Position numbers and translations under genes: made by a program
Notes under the pieces: generated by a model
Databases searched by the model: none
What the model was told of the DNA's origin: nothing
What the model saw: only the letters and a program-made list of their open reading frames with translations
Origin: a virus
Reading direction: 5' to 3' (one strand)
Length of the DNA stretch: 64,000 nt
Virus record (IMG/VR): IMGVR_UViG_3300029267_001061
Coordinates: 3,332 to 67,331 of that record
Shown here: positions 27,448-37,560 of the stretch, piece after piece
How positions within the stretch are numbered: position 1 is the stretch's first letter
Layout of the letters: each line of letters opens with the position of its first letter

Positions 27448-28527
27448 ATGAGCGTAACGTGGGGTGACTATACCCTGAAAGAAGCGCTCTCGAACAGCGA
27501 CGGCTCCTGGCTGGAGTCGACGTTGGCGAAGAAGCACGGGTTGTGTGTGATCGCTGCCACAAACGTATCCAGCCCGGGTATCCAGCCGACCATCAAGATC
27601 GAGGACATTGACCACCGCGTCATCCTCGACACCGGCTCGGTCCCGTACACCACCAGCTACAACTGGTATCACTCGCGGTACTACTACCGCTATTGGTACT
27701 ACCGGTATCGCTGGTACTGGTACTACAGGTGGCACTACTACCACCCGCTGAACACCCGTGTGGTCCTGATTGTGCCCACCGAGGATGGAACGGTTCGAGC
27801 GAAGGCTGAGGGTTCTCAGATCTTCGACTTCCGCCTGTCTGTCTTCGAGGCCGGCCTGACCCCTTCCGCCAACAAGGAAGTTCAGAGCGTCGGATTCAGC
27901 AAATCGATCCAGGCTCCGATCACGCGAGGAAGCACCGCACGATACAGCTTCCAGCAGGACGACATTGTCGTCGCGATCGGTGTCGACGGAAGCCGGAACT
28001 ACGCGTTGGCTGACATCAGCTACAACGGGCCGGCCAAACAGGAACTCTTCAACATCCTGCCGAACTACGGTGGCGTGTCGAATCGAGTTCGCGTATGGCG
28101 CATCAAGGCCGACGGCGAGTGTACTCTGACGTACAACTACTGCCACTACGGTCGAATGGCAATCCGCCTGATGCCGAACGCTGAAGAGAAGACGACCGTG
28201 CCGCCGTCCATTACTGAGGACCGCGCGTACTTCGAGATTCAGTGCGAAGTAGACGCCTTCGGTAACGTGGAGCGCGGCAAGTGGTTCGAGGGGTTGTATT
28301 CGACGTTGAAGAACAGCCGCAACATGGGACTGCGAAAGTCCTGGACGCGAGAGGTTCTTGAAACGGACACGGACTCCCTTGGCCGCCCGGTCAACGTGAA
28401 GGCTCGGAGGATCGAGATGTGGTCGGTCCCACAGAGCAAAGCTGGTTCGGTCGGAAGCGATGCACTCCTCTTCGAGGATCGTGCTGAAGCTGACGCCCGC
28501 ATCATCGCGAACGACAACCAGTGGTAG
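27448..28527 (+). CDS. Tail-module protein with Tyr/Trp/Arg tract
   Basis: Strong SD; YNWYHSRYYYRYWYYRYRWYWYYRWHYYH. Confidence 0.75.
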   Translation: MSVTWGDYTLKEALSNSDGSWLESTLAKKHGLCVIAATNVSSPGIQPTIKIEDIDHRVILDTGSVPYTTSYNWYHSRYYYRYWYYRYRWYWYYRWHYYHPLNTRVVLIVPTEDGTVRAKAEGSQIFDFRLSVFEAGLTPSANKEVQSVGFSKSIQAPITRGSTARYSFQQDDIVVAIGVDGSRNYALADISYNGPAKQELFNILPNYGGVSNRVRVWRIKADGECTLTYNYCHYGRMAIRLMPNAEEKTTVPPSITEDRAYFEIQCEVDAFGNVERGKWFEGLYSTLKNSRNMGLRKSWTREVLETDTDSLGRPVNVKARRIEMWSVPQSKAGSVGSDALLFEDRAEADARIIANDNQW

Positions 28528-28540
28528 GAGGTGAAGACAC

Positions 28541-29134
28541 ATGTTCGGTAAGAGTCTAATCCCGTACGAGCCAATCGCTCCCGCGGAGACCATGATTGAT
28601 GGTGCAACATCGGACGCCAGCTGCCCGGGATTCAAGCTCGTGCAGACCGGTGCGTCGTTCACCTCTTCCGTCAAGGAAGGCGACCTCGTTATTCACGGCC
28701 CAGGTACCGCCGGTGCCAAGTCTGCATACGTGATCGAGGTTGAGAACGACACTACCCTGCTGCTCGATGAGAACTTGGAGTTCGACTCCGATGACTTCGA
28801 CATCCGCAGGCCAAGTGAGCTCTCGATCCGCCCGCCTGAACTGGTCGAGTGGGTTCTGCGCTCGATCCGCACGGGTAAGGGAGACCAGGTGAATCGCATC
28901 GGTATGTGGTTCAGCGACGGCTTCCGCAAAGTGCTGGTGCTTGACACCAAGCGCCTGTACACTGAGAAGGGCTTCGACCTTTCATCGGATGACCCCACCG
29001 GATTCTGGATGGAGAATCTCGATCTCTTCGTCACCAACGAGAAGGAGATCCTGATTCGCAACTGCTGCGACGAAACCGCAGATGTCATCGTCATGGGTAT
29101 CAACAAGACGGTGGACATCGGCGATCAAGGCTAA
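28541..29134 (+). CDS. Tail-module protein
   Basis: SD GGAGGTG; N-terminal domain resembles the insert in 13537-14445. Confidence 0.7.
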   Translation: MFGKSLIPYEPIAPAETMIDGATSDASCPGFKLVQTGASFTSSVKEGDLVIHGPGTAGAKSAYVIEVENDTTLLLDENLEFDSDDFDIRRPSELSIRPPELVEWVLRSIRTGKGDQVNRIGMWFSDGFRKVLVLDTKRLYTEKGFDLSSDDPTGFWMENLDLFVTNEKEILIRNCCDETADVIVMGINKTVDIGDQG

Positions 29135-29143
29135 GGAGGAACC

Positions 29144-29632
29144 ATGGACGTGAAAGCACTGTTCAGGTTCGACGGTGACCCAGTCGAGGAACAGCTGGAT
29201 CTGACAACGGACGTTGTGAAGATCAAGGTTATTCCTCGCAAGAAGGACGGGACTCCCGGCTCCAAGGCTGTGTGGAAGACCGCTGAAGAGATGGACTCCA
29301 ACGACGATGTCGTACGGGATCCTCTGACCCAGCGGCCAGTCACGAAGACCGAGGAGACGGATGTAGTCGTCGACTGCCCCAACACGAGCCGTGTGGAGTG
29401 GCCGGTTACGACTGGTCTCGAGAGGACCGACATCATCGAAGCTCCAGACACATACACCAAACTGGTGTGCGTGGAAGGCGCACTGGAACTCATACAGCTG
29501 CTCGACAGTCAGGAGAACGCAACACTCCTGACGTGGATGGAGGCGCAGGCACTTGGAGCGGGATGGGACGAGAAGTTCCAGCTCGTTCAGCATGTGCTTC
29601 CGACCGGCGTCATCAGCGGGTTCCCGGAGTAG
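29144..29632 (+). CDS. Hypothetical tail-module protein
   Basis: SD AAGGAGG. Confidence 0.7.
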   Translation: MDVKALFRFDGDPVEEQLDLTTDVVKIKVIPRKKDGTPGSKAVWKTAEEMDSNDDVVRDPLTQRPVTKTEETDVVVDCPNTSRVEWPVTTGLERTDIIEAPDTYTKLVCVEGALELIQLLDSQENATLLTWMEAQALGAGWDEKFQLVQHVLPTGVISGFPE

Positions 29633-29643
29633 CAACTAAGTGC

Positions 29644-29682
29644 GAGAGCCGCCTCCCGGCCTTCGGGCTGGGGGGTACTCTC
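29644..29682 (+). terminator. GC-rich hairpin with cUUCGg loop (terminator or mRNA stabiliser)
   Basis: GAGAG..CCTCCCGGCC-TTCG-GGCTGGGGGG..CTCTC; no U-tract. Confidence 0.45.
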
Positions 29683-29698
29683 CACAGGAGGTTACGAA

Positions 29699-30184
29699 AT
29701 GAGTGAGATGCAAATCAAGCCCGAAGATCGACTTGGTGAAGTTCGCGCTGAGACTGACCTGGTACGCGAGCGCGCACAGCATGTGCAGCGCACGTTGATG
29801 GACCTGAAGAGCCGCGGCGCCGATGTGACCAAGACGCAAGTCAAGGCTACGATCGACCAGATCGACATTGATGCTTTGGAAGAGAAGTGCGACGACCGCG
29901 TGTCGCTGAAGGTCTGGGATCCGGAAGAGAACGACGGGCTCGGCACGTTCGTGAACTCGGTTCAGAATCCGAAGGAGCACTGGCCGATTCTCGCTGAGGA
30001 CGGCGCTCGCGCCATCATGATCTTCCAGGATGGCAAGTGCGTGCAGTTCCAGTACGAGAGCCCGCAAGGCGGGATTATGGGAGAGGAAGAAGCCATCGAA
30101 CAGGCCAACTACTGGCATGATCAGCGAGTATCGCGTCTTCTTGAGAAGGAGCTTACCGAAGCAGTTCTCGACGCGCTCGGGTAG
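29699..30184 (+). CDS. Hypothetical protein, possible fibre chaperone
   Basis: SD AGGAGGT; coiled-coil N-terminus. Confidence 0.65.
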   Translation: MSEMQIKPEDRLGEVRAETDLVRERAQHVQRTLMDLKSRGADVTKTQVKATIDQIDIDALEEKCDDRVSLKVWDPEENDGLGTFVNSVQNPKEHWPILAEDGARAIMIFQDGKCVQFQYESPQGGIMGEEEAIEQANYWHDQRVSRLLEKELTEAVLDALG

Positions 30185-30194
30185 GTGAAGAGCT

Positions 30195-31343
30195 ATGGCA
30201 GAGACAATGTGGTGGAGTGTGAATCGTTGGTACCCGCTCTGTCGCCCTGATGAGCTAGGGGGAACCGGGACTGCTGCGCCGACTGAGGAATGCGCAGCCT
30301 TCGTGCACGGGGATGACATCTTCCTGTTCGCGAATCAGGCGGTCCGGATCAGGTTCCTCAATCGATCTTCGGGGTACCTCGGCAAAGGGTACTGCCATGA
30401 ACGAGCAAACATGGCGCGCTCCGTGACTAGGGCGATGTTGCAGACCTTCCTTCGCACGGGGACGGATCAGATCTTCGTGATGGATGGGTACAACGGCTTG
30501 AGTAGGTACCAGTGGTACGACGTGAGCGCGAACACGTGGACAGCAGTGACCGACGTCCAGCCTCCGTCGAACATCTATGAGTCAGCTTGCCTCTACTTCC
30601 CATCCCTGGACAAGTGCTTCATGCCTGAGGGATCCGGGGACCGGAACGGATTCGTGGAGTTTGACCCCTCAGTGCCATCATGGACCGAGAAGACCGACAT
30701 GCCGTTCGACGCCGCGTTCTTCTGCGCAGGGGTCATCGGCAGCAAGGCGTACATCGCAGATGGGGCCTACCTTTACGATGACACGAATCGAACGTATGAG
30801 TATGACCCGGCATCCCACACGTTCACGGCGAAAGCAAACTGTCCAGACACCCATCAGCGGTGCACCGGCGCCGTCCTCGACGGAATCCTCTACAAGATGG
30901 GGGACAACATCAACAGCGAGCAGTGTCATCTCTCGGGGTACGATCCGGCGAGCAACACATGGACCTCGTACCGAACGATAGCAACGGGCACTCGATACGG
31001 TGAGAATGGCTGTCCTCGGCTCCTTGCTCTGGAGAGCGCGGGGATGCTTGTCATGGTTGCCGCAGTGACCGGCACTGGGAGCTACAACTTCCCGTGGTAC
31101 GGGATCATGCCGAGAGGGGTCACGGTTTCCGGAACCCTCAAGAACAAGTCAGGTGGCAACGTCGATGGGGACCCCGTGATCGCCATTGGGCTAGAGCATC
31201 CTCAATTCGTCGGGGCCGCGGGGGAAGCTGGCAGCGGGACCTTCTCTCTTGAGGTGCCGGGACCCCAGTCTTCCGCGAAGCTGATCGGAATCATCGGGTG
31301 GCCAGAGAGCGATGCGGTCGCCGGAACAGTGAAGGTGGTGTGA
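30195..31343 (+). CDS. Kelch-repeat beta-propeller protein
   Basis: YDVSANTW, FDPSVPSW, YDPASHTF, YDPASNTW; C-terminal beta-sandwich. Confidence 0.85.
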   Translation: MAETMWWSVNRWYPLCRPDELGGTGTAAPTEECAAFVHGDDIFLFANQAVRIRFLNRSSGYLGKGYCHERANMARSVTRAMLQTFLRTGTDQIFVMDGYNGLSRYQWYDVSANTWTAVTDVQPPSNIYESACLYFPSLDKCFMPEGSGDRNGFVEFDPSVPSWTEKTDMPFDAAFFCAGVIGSKAYIADGAYLYDDTNRTYEYDPASHTFTAKANCPDTHQRCTGAVLDGILYKMGDNINSEQCHLSGYDPASNTWTSYRTIATGTRYGENGCPRLLALESAGMLVMVAAVTGTGSYNFPWYGIMPRGVTVSGTLKNKSGGNVDGDPVIAIGLEHPQFVGAAGEAGSGTFSLEVPGPQSSAKLIGIIGWPESDAVAGTVKVV

Positions 31344-31344
31344 G

Positions 31345-32511
31345 ATGGCTGAGAACTATCCCGCATCCTGGCGAAGGTGTGGAATGGTCAGTAGCCCGTT
31401 GGGGAGTGACACGGTCTGGGCCGTGTTCCCGCGACGTGCAAACGGACGACTACAGGTCTTCCGGGGTGACGACTGGTACGAATGGGAACCATCGACTGAC
31501 ACGTGGACTCAGATATCTACCGACATCGGGAGGAACTACATCTACCGAGGCTACATCTACCGCCCTGACTTGGATGTGATGCGATCGTTCGCTGGGCGAT
31601 CCGGGAGCTACAGCTACGACGACTGCTACGAGTACGATCTCGCGGCAGAAACCGAGACGGCCTTGAACCTCTTCGATGAAGGGAATACGCAGCATGTTCA
31701 GGCAGTGCAGATCAGCGGCTCTACCTGCCTGTGCTTCACAGATTACTTCACGTACGAATACGACTGGGACTCCGACACGTACACCGAGAAGACTGACATG
31801 TCATTCAATCTCGAGGCTTCCAAAGGGAAGATCGGATTCGGGGTCTACGGGGGGAAGGTGTACGTCATCGGGGAGTCTGGAGGTTCCTACGACGGGGACA
31901 AGGTCCTTGAGTTCGATCCGGTTGCGAATGCGTGGACTGCCTACAAGACCGGAGGACTCCCGAATCCGTCATGGGGGCCAGCAGCGACGTACTTTCAGTA
32001 CGGTACAGGCGAGCAGGTGGGGAACCACATCGTCTTCGTTCCGGGTTACACCAACCACGACGGAACGACCTACCCACAAAGCCGGGAGAGGTGGATCGTC
32101 AGTTTCGACATCCCGAACAAGACGTGGCATTCCTGGGACACGGTTCCGGATCATCAAGAATGGGCGTACACGCATTACCATGGGCTCTTTCACTTCCGGG
32201 GCGAGATCTTCCTGTCCTGCGGGGGTACGGACATGGGCGGCATGGTCCACGCTCCGATTGGAGAGACTGAGGTGAGCGGCGTCGTCCGAGACAAGGATGG
32301 GGCGTTGGCCGCTGGCGTGACGGTGTGGGTCGTTCCGAAGTGGGCGCCGCATCTCGCCATGACCGGGACGACGGATGGATCGGGAGAGTTTTCTGTCACG
32401 TTGCCGACGTTGGGGCCGGGGCAGTATGACGCAGCCGTGGACAAGAAGATCGCCGTCTTCACCGCAGAGGAGTCGACAGCAAACTCAGTAAGGGTGAATA
32501 TCAATGCCTAG
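31345..32511 (+). CDS. Second Kelch-repeat protein with carboxypeptidase-regulatory-like domain
   Basis: KVYVIG, EFDPVANAW, FDIPNKTW; VSGVVRD...TTDGSGEF. Confidence 0.8.
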   Translation: MAENYPASWRRCGMVSSPLGSDTVWAVFPRRANGRLQVFRGDDWYEWEPSTDTWTQISTDIGRNYIYRGYIYRPDLDVMRSFAGRSGSYSYDDCYEYDLAAETETALNLFDEGNTQHVQAVQISGSTCLCFTDYFTYEYDWDSDTYTEKTDMSFNLEASKGKIGFGVYGGKVYVIGESGGSYDGDKVLEFDPVANAWTAYKTGGLPNPSWGPAATYFQYGTGEQVGNHIVFVPGYTNHDGTTYPQSRERWIVSFDIPNKTWHSWDTVPDHQEWAYTHYHGLFHFRGEIFLSCGGTDMGGMVHAPIGETEVSGVVRDKDGALAAGVTVWVVPKWAPHLAMTGTTDGSGEFSVTLPTLGPGQYDAAVDKKIAVFTAEESTANSVRVNINA

Positions 32512-33226
32512 TTACCAAGCTCCAGCGAAAGATGAAGTGAAACTGGTTTCGGGAGGCATTCAGGCTAAGCAGGGCCGTACATCTGTAGCCCTGCAGTACG
32601 CTGACTGTGTTATGTGTTGCCCGGCACTCGAAGAGGACACCCGAGATGAGAACACGGTAGAGCTTGACTTCGACCTGTTCCTGTTCAACCCTCAAGCTGA
32701 TCAGATCATCATTGAACGAAAGCTCGGAGCAGCAGGGGAGTGGGGGCCTGTTCAGACGATAGATGCAGACACGACCGACTGGACAGACCCCACTACGCTG
32801 AAGGAAGGGAACGAATACTACTACCGAGCTCGGTTCCGAGTCAACGGAAGTCCCCAGCTGTACTCGGAATACTCGATCTCCCTCGAGGTCTGGACGGATC
32901 GGATCCTCATGATCACCGAAGTACGCGACCACGAATCCAACCTGATGGCCGGCGCACTCGTGATGGCTTTCTCCGAGAACTACATCTGGCAACAGATCGC
33001 GGAAACGGCAGCCGGTGAGAATCTGCCTACCCTGACTTATGATCATGACACCGTGCTCTCCCGGAATGTGACTGGCTTCATCCGGTGCAACCGAACTGAT
33101 GAGGATGGACAGTGCAACATCACCATTCCAGGAAAGCCCGGCAAGGTGTCGGTCTGCTTCGTGGATCCGAACGAGCAAACCATCGGTGGAGACATCAAGA
33201 CCCACATCGACCCCAAGGAGGCATAA
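32504..33226 (+). CDS. FN3-domain virion protein
   Basis: IERK...WTD...GNEYYYRAR...YSEYS. Confidence 0.7.
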   Translation: MPSYQAPAKDEVKLVSGGIQAKQGRTSVALQYADCVMCCPALEEDTRDENTVELDFDLFLFNPQADQIIIERKLGAAGEWGPVQTIDADTTDWTDPTTLKEGNEYYYRARFRVNGSPQLYSEYSISLEVWTDRILMITEVRDHESNLMAGALVMAFSENYIWQQIAETAAGENLPTLTYDHDTVLSRNVTGFIRCNRTDEDGQCNITIPGKPGKVSVCFVDPNEQTIGGDIKTHIDPKEA

Positions 33227-33229
33227 CAC

Positions 33230-36166
33230 GTGGCTGTACCCGGTAAGCCTACGAGTCTACTGTGTGACGGACTGACTGATCCTCAAGCGGTCGGTTCGCT
33301 TCGTCCTGCGCTCTCGGCGGTTTGCGGTTCGGGTGGAACAATCACGCATGCAGAGATCCGCGTCTTCAAGAAGCACGTCGAGGACGACTTCGAAGACACT
33401 GCTCTGCAAGACTACTGGTCGGGGCCGATGACACGCGACACCGTCAACAAGAAGAATGGATCCGCGAGTCTCTACATTCCTGAAACTGGTGGTGACACGT
33501 ACTGGAGGATCTCGAACGGTGATCCGATCGCGACACACGGGGATCCGGATGCGATCGTCTCAGAAGACTTCGAGGGGGGGACGCTTCCGAGTACGTGGGA
33601 CACAGCGGGTGGCGCCGAGATCACAACTGAGCAGAAGTACGCAGGAACCTACGCCGTGAAGCTACCCTACGATTCAGGTGGTCCGAACGGGGTGTGGAAA
33701 GCTCCTCTCGCTGATCGAGCGTCAGTCGCAGGGGGCGGCGAGCTTCGCATGCGAGTCTACGTCGCAGGGACAGGACAGAGGCGCGTCTATCTCTACTCGC
33801 GGCCTCGAGATGCAGATGACTCCTGGTCGAACATCGGGATCATTCGCTTCTACAACGGGAATCTGGACTTCTACAATGGATCGAGCTACGTGACGATCTG
33901 CAGCATGAACGCAAGCGCGTGGCACGAGCTTCGAGTGGCATGGATGGGCGTTCCGTTCGGGGAATCGAACTCATGGTTCATGCTCACACTCGACGGGACT
34001 TCGTACTTCGTGAAGGGGCGGTACACGGCCAACATCACAGAGGAGGTCTTCTGTCAGATCTCGGCCGTTGATGAGTCGGTTCACATCTACATCGACGATC
34101 TCGAATGGGGCGATCGCCTTCCGAATACGCTCGGAATGGCTGGACGCTTCCGGTATTGGTTCAGGGTCAACGAATCCGGCTACAACCAATGCTACCTCTA
34201 CGGGGAGAATGGATCGTCCCCGGCGTGGGGATACATATACTACTACTACGACGATGTCAGGCTGAACTCGATCTACCTCGTGACGAACGGAATCAGCTAT
34301 GGATCGTGGTACAAGCAGGACATCATCAGCATTCCGAAGACAGACGACCTCGACATCTACACGAAGAATCATTGGGATCTCGCTCAGGATGGATCTGGCT
34401 CTGTTGCTGACTGGGATGACCCTCTCGCGGCGATGCGATGGGATGACGACACGACCGAGATCAACATCGACGACTTCGCATTCCTGACAAGCTGGTGGCG
34501 GTCGGGAGAGATCGACATCGAAAACTTCGCGTCGGGCGGTCGGTGTGCAGACATCCCGTACTCGGGCGACTGGCTCGATGCCGCTGGTCTGTGGGAGTAC
34601 GAGTGGCAGATCAGATTCAAGAACGCCGATGGGTGGGGCGACTGGAGCGACTGGGCAGAGTTCAAGGTGACGCCGATCCAAGTTCGAGGCTATGCAGATC
34701 TGCGGGTGTGGGCCAAGCGAGACTTGACCGCGGGGATCCAATCCGTGGATGTCAAGACGGGAACCTACTTCAACCTGAACCCCATCAGCTACCACGATGT
34801 CAAAACATTCGTGAAGGTCATTGATGCCCAGTTCCCTGGACCAGGCGCAATCACCCTACAGGCCCGACCTTTCGCAACATCCGATCCACAGGACATCGAA
34901 CTCGCAGCTGGCGTACAAGACGCCATCGAGTTGGCTTTCTGCGACTTGTTCGCCGATCTGGGCCGCCCGATTGAACATCCTGTGGATCTTCTCACTACAG
35001 CGACTCGAATGACCGAGAACGTGGGTGATCTTCTTACTCATGCTCCGCTTCAAGTAGAGAACATTGCAGACGTGTACACCGATGCGCGGCGGCTGATCGA
35101 GAAAGCTCACGACATGATGGCGGATCTTACTCGCTCGGTAGAACGAGCCATCGACCTGAGGGCTGACCTCTCCCGATTCTACGAGCGAGCGGTGGATCTC
35201 TTGTCCTACCTGCAATTGTTCAAGGACGAGGCGGGGAAGAGTGATCTACTCGCCGAGCTCTTGAAGCTGTACGAAGCGGGCATCGTTGACATCCTCACGG
35301 ATCTACAAACCAACGTGGAGTTCACACATGACCTGAAGGCTGACCTGATCCGAGCCACCACCGGAACGGTCGATCTCCGCGCTTGGCTGCGTCGTTGGGA
35401 AGAAGAGAACGGTTCGGATGTATTCACTGACGCTAGGATAGAACGAGAAGGGGTCGTGGACCTGCTCGCCGACTTGGCCCAGAGTTGGGACCCTGCCGCA
35501 TTGGCAGACATCAAGTCAGACCTGGTGTTGGCACTAGAGGACATGTCCATTCAAGTCGATATGCTATCGCTGACTCGCCTCCTCCGACCGCGCGTGGTAA
35601 CTGTGCCCCAAGCCGGTGGAGACCCACGGGAGATCATTCTCCGCGCCTACAACGACCCATACACAGGAGAGCCTTGGGTGGATGACCCGCCCACAGATAT
35701 CCAGCTCATGGCGCGCTCCGGTTGGACAGGCATGGAGGGCGGTTGGGGCAGCAACATCCACGCCGATCTTGCACATTCACCGTTGTGGTATTGGAAGCAC
35801 GCGACGGCGGATCTGCGAACGGCGATGTATTGGAGCATCGATGACATCGGCGCTGGAGACATGAACGTGGATCTGGCGCACTTCAAGTTCAACCGCCACG
35901 CCGGATGGCAGATAGCGATTCGACTGGCCGTTCTTCACGAGCAGACCGCTGATATGCTGGCGAAGCTCGGTCAGATAGTAGACCTCGAAACATGGGACCA
36001 GCTGCAGAGCAAAGTGGAGATCATGTCTCGAGATTCGCAGATCGAACTGATGGCTCGGATTGACGTGACCGAGCTACTCACGCGTGAGAAGACAGTGGAG
36101 ATCCTGGGCCGTGAAGCGGTGATTGAGAAACTCGAACGACTCTGGGAGGTGCGCGATGCCAACTGA
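33230..36166 (+). CDS. Large fibre/receptor-binding protein (FN3, lectin-like domains, 14-aa repeats)
   Basis: PGKPTSLLC, EDFEGG...YIDDL, WQIRFKNADGWGDWS; DLxADL repeats. Confidence 0.7.
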   Translation: MAVPGKPTSLLCDGLTDPQAVGSLRPALSAVCGSGGTITHAEIRVFKKHVEDDFEDTALQDYWSGPMTRDTVNKKNGSASLYIPETGGDTYWRISNGDPIATHGDPDAIVSEDFEGGTLPSTWDTAGGAEITTEQKYAGTYAVKLPYDSGGPNGVWKAPLADRASVAGGGELRMRVYVAGTGQRRVYLYSRPRDADDSWSNIGIIRFYNGNLDFYNGSSYVTICSMNASAWHELRVAWMGVPFGESNSWFMLTLDGTSYFVKGRYTANITEEVFCQISAVDESVHIYIDDLEWGDRLPNTLGMAGRFRYWFRVNESGYNQCYLYGENGSSPAWGYIYYYYDDVRLNSIYLVTNGISYGSWYKQDIISIPKTDDLDIYTKNHWDLAQDGSGSVADWDDPLAAMRWDDDTTEINIDDFAFLTSWWRSGEIDIENFASGGRCADIPYSGDWLDAAGLWEYEWQIRFKNADGWGDWSDWAEFKVTPIQVRGYADLRVWAKRDLTAGIQSVDVKTGTYFNLNPISYHDVKTFVKVIDAQFPGPGAITLQARPFATSDPQDIELAAGVQDAIELAFCDLFADLGRPIEHPVDLLTTATRMTENVGDLLTHAPLQVENIADVYTDARRLIEKAHDMMADLTRSVERAIDLRADLSRFYERAVDLLSYLQLFKDEAGKSDLLAELLKLYEAGIVDILTDLQTNVEFTHDLKADLIRATTGTVDLRAWLRRWEEENGSDVFTDARIEREGVVDLLADLAQSWDPAALADIKSDLVLALEDMSIQVDMLSLTRLLRPRVVTVPQAGGDPREIILRAYNDPYTGEPWVDDPPTDIQLMARSGWTGMEGGWGSNIHADLAHSPLWYWKHATADLRTAMYWSIDDIGAGDMNVDLAHFKFNRHAGWQIAIRLAVLHEQTADMLAKLGQIVDLETWDQLQSKVEIMSRDSQIELMARIDVTELLTREKTVEILGREAVIEKLERLWEVRDAN

Positions 36167-36506
36167 AGTATCAGGCCCCTTCATGCAGGGGAACAGCTGT
36201 AGGGTTACATTCAAGACGAAAGACTGGGATGACCTACAGACCTCGGCTGAAGAGATGGCAGCCAGCATCTACAAGTTGAAGGACAACGGCGAGCTGGAGG
36301 CCCTGCCTGATTTCCAGGGGGTAACGCCAGCTCCAGACACAAGTTTCTGGGAAGAGCTCGCGGGGGAATACCGCTACAAGATCGACACGTCGACCTTCAG
36401 CAGCGGAACTTACTACGTAGTCTTCGCGGGCAAAGTTAGCGGTGACGGGTTCAAGGAGCCAATCAGCTTCCAAGTCACCAACGATCCCACAGCAGTAGGA
36501 GGTTGA
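36156..36506 (+). CDS. Hypothetical structural protein
   Basis: SD GGGAGGTG; beta-rich. Confidence 0.65.
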   Translation: MPTEVSGPFMQGNSCRVTFKTKDWDDLQTSAEEMAASIYKLKDNGELEALPDFQGVTPAPDTSFWEELAGEYRYKIDTSTFSSGTYYVVFAGKVSGDGFKEPISFQVTNDPTAVGG

Positions 36507-36510
36507 AGCA

Positions 36511-37272
36511 ATGGCTGAGAACGTGAAGCTGTTCCGAGACGCAGCCCTCACCGATGAGTTCTCGAAGGACAAGGCGATGTATGAATCGGGCTACGACCCG
36601 ATCTGGGCCGCCGACACCTTCAATGCTACCGACGGTGAAGGCAAGAACAAAGTCATCTACGCTCAGGAGATCCACGTGTCGAACGATTACTACTACACGT
36701 CGGTGCAGGGATCCCCGATCGAGACTGGCTCGAATCAGCGAGACCCAGACGACGATGCCGCGAATGAGTGGCACTTCTACGTAGCGAAACCCGTGGAGCA
36801 CGCAGAGACTGCTGAAGCAGTCGGCACGGGCGACGACGTGGAGACCGAGTTCGATCTGGACAACAAGTGGGTCAAGCCCGGCTCCGAGACCGTGAAGGTT
36901 GGTGGAACGACGCAGACCCGAAACACGGACTACTGGATCTGCTACAAGGACGGACACATCAAGTTCGCCTCGGCTCCCGGCAATGGTGTGGCGGTCACGG
37001 CCGACTACACGCATGCGGATGATGGAACTGGCGACGTGGATGTTCCCGCCACCGGTACGATCGAGGCCAACGGCGATTGGACGTGGACGGACCTCTGGGA
37101 TATCCCCCATGGTTACGACTCCAACCGCGGTACAGGCTACGAGAAGGACGGGATTCCCATCGTGATCCGCGGTGTTGTGGATGCGGGAACCACCGACCCA
37201 TCCGGCAATGCAGTGACGCTTCAAGCCCAGGACTTCAAGGTCAAGGGTTGGGAGCATAACGCGAAATACTGA
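36511..37272 (+). CDS. Structural protein with DUF2460-like inserted domain
   Basis: VGTGD..TEF.L...DY.....G.I.F..AP..G..VTADY. Confidence 0.65.
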   Translation: MAENVKLFRDAALTDEFSKDKAMYESGYDPIWAADTFNATDGEGKNKVIYAQEIHVSNDYYYTSVQGSPIETGSNQRDPDDDAANEWHFYVAKPVEHAETAEAVGTGDDVETEFDLDNKWVKPGSETVKVGGTTQTRNTDYWICYKDGHIKFASAPGNGVAVTADYTHADDGTGDVDVPATGTIEANGDWTWTDLWDIPHGYDSNRGTGYEKDGIPIVIRGVVDAGTTDPSGNAVTLQAQDFKVKGWEHNAKY

Positions 37273-37290
37273 GTCAGGAGACGACGGACA

Positions 37291-37536
37291 ATGACAAACC
37301 CGACCGAAGTGATTGTGAAGACTCCCGACTATGAAGGACCAGAACGCCGCGAACATGTTACCACTTGTCCGATAGGAGTCGAGATGCGAGTACGTGTCAT
37401 GAATCTCGAAAACTACCAGAAGATCCAGAACGGGCACTTGAAAACAATTCGAGGTCAGCAATGGGCGTTGGTCATTCTGATGTTGACGACGGCGCTGTCT
37501 GCCATCGCTGGAATCGCGATCACACTGATCCACTAG
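37291..37536 (+). CDS. Small membrane protein (XhlA/holin-like)
   Basis: YEGPERR motif, short coiled coil, C-terminal TM helix. Confidence 0.55.
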   Translation: MTNPTEVIVKTPDYEGPERREHVTTCPIGVEMRVRVMNLENYQKIQNGHLKTIRGQQWALVILMLTTALSAIAGIAITLIH

Positions 37537-37560
37537 AAGGAGGAAATCTATCGAAGCTAC

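Noticed and set aside
2321-36000. Long antisense ORFs (e.g. 2321-3247, 14634-15971, 18680-19687, 27394-28674)
   Set aside because: Shadows of GC-rich, codon-biased genes on the opposite strand; no RBS or motifs
27448-36166. Diversity-generating retroelement targeting tail proteins
   Set aside because: No reverse transcriptase and no template/variable repeat pair seen
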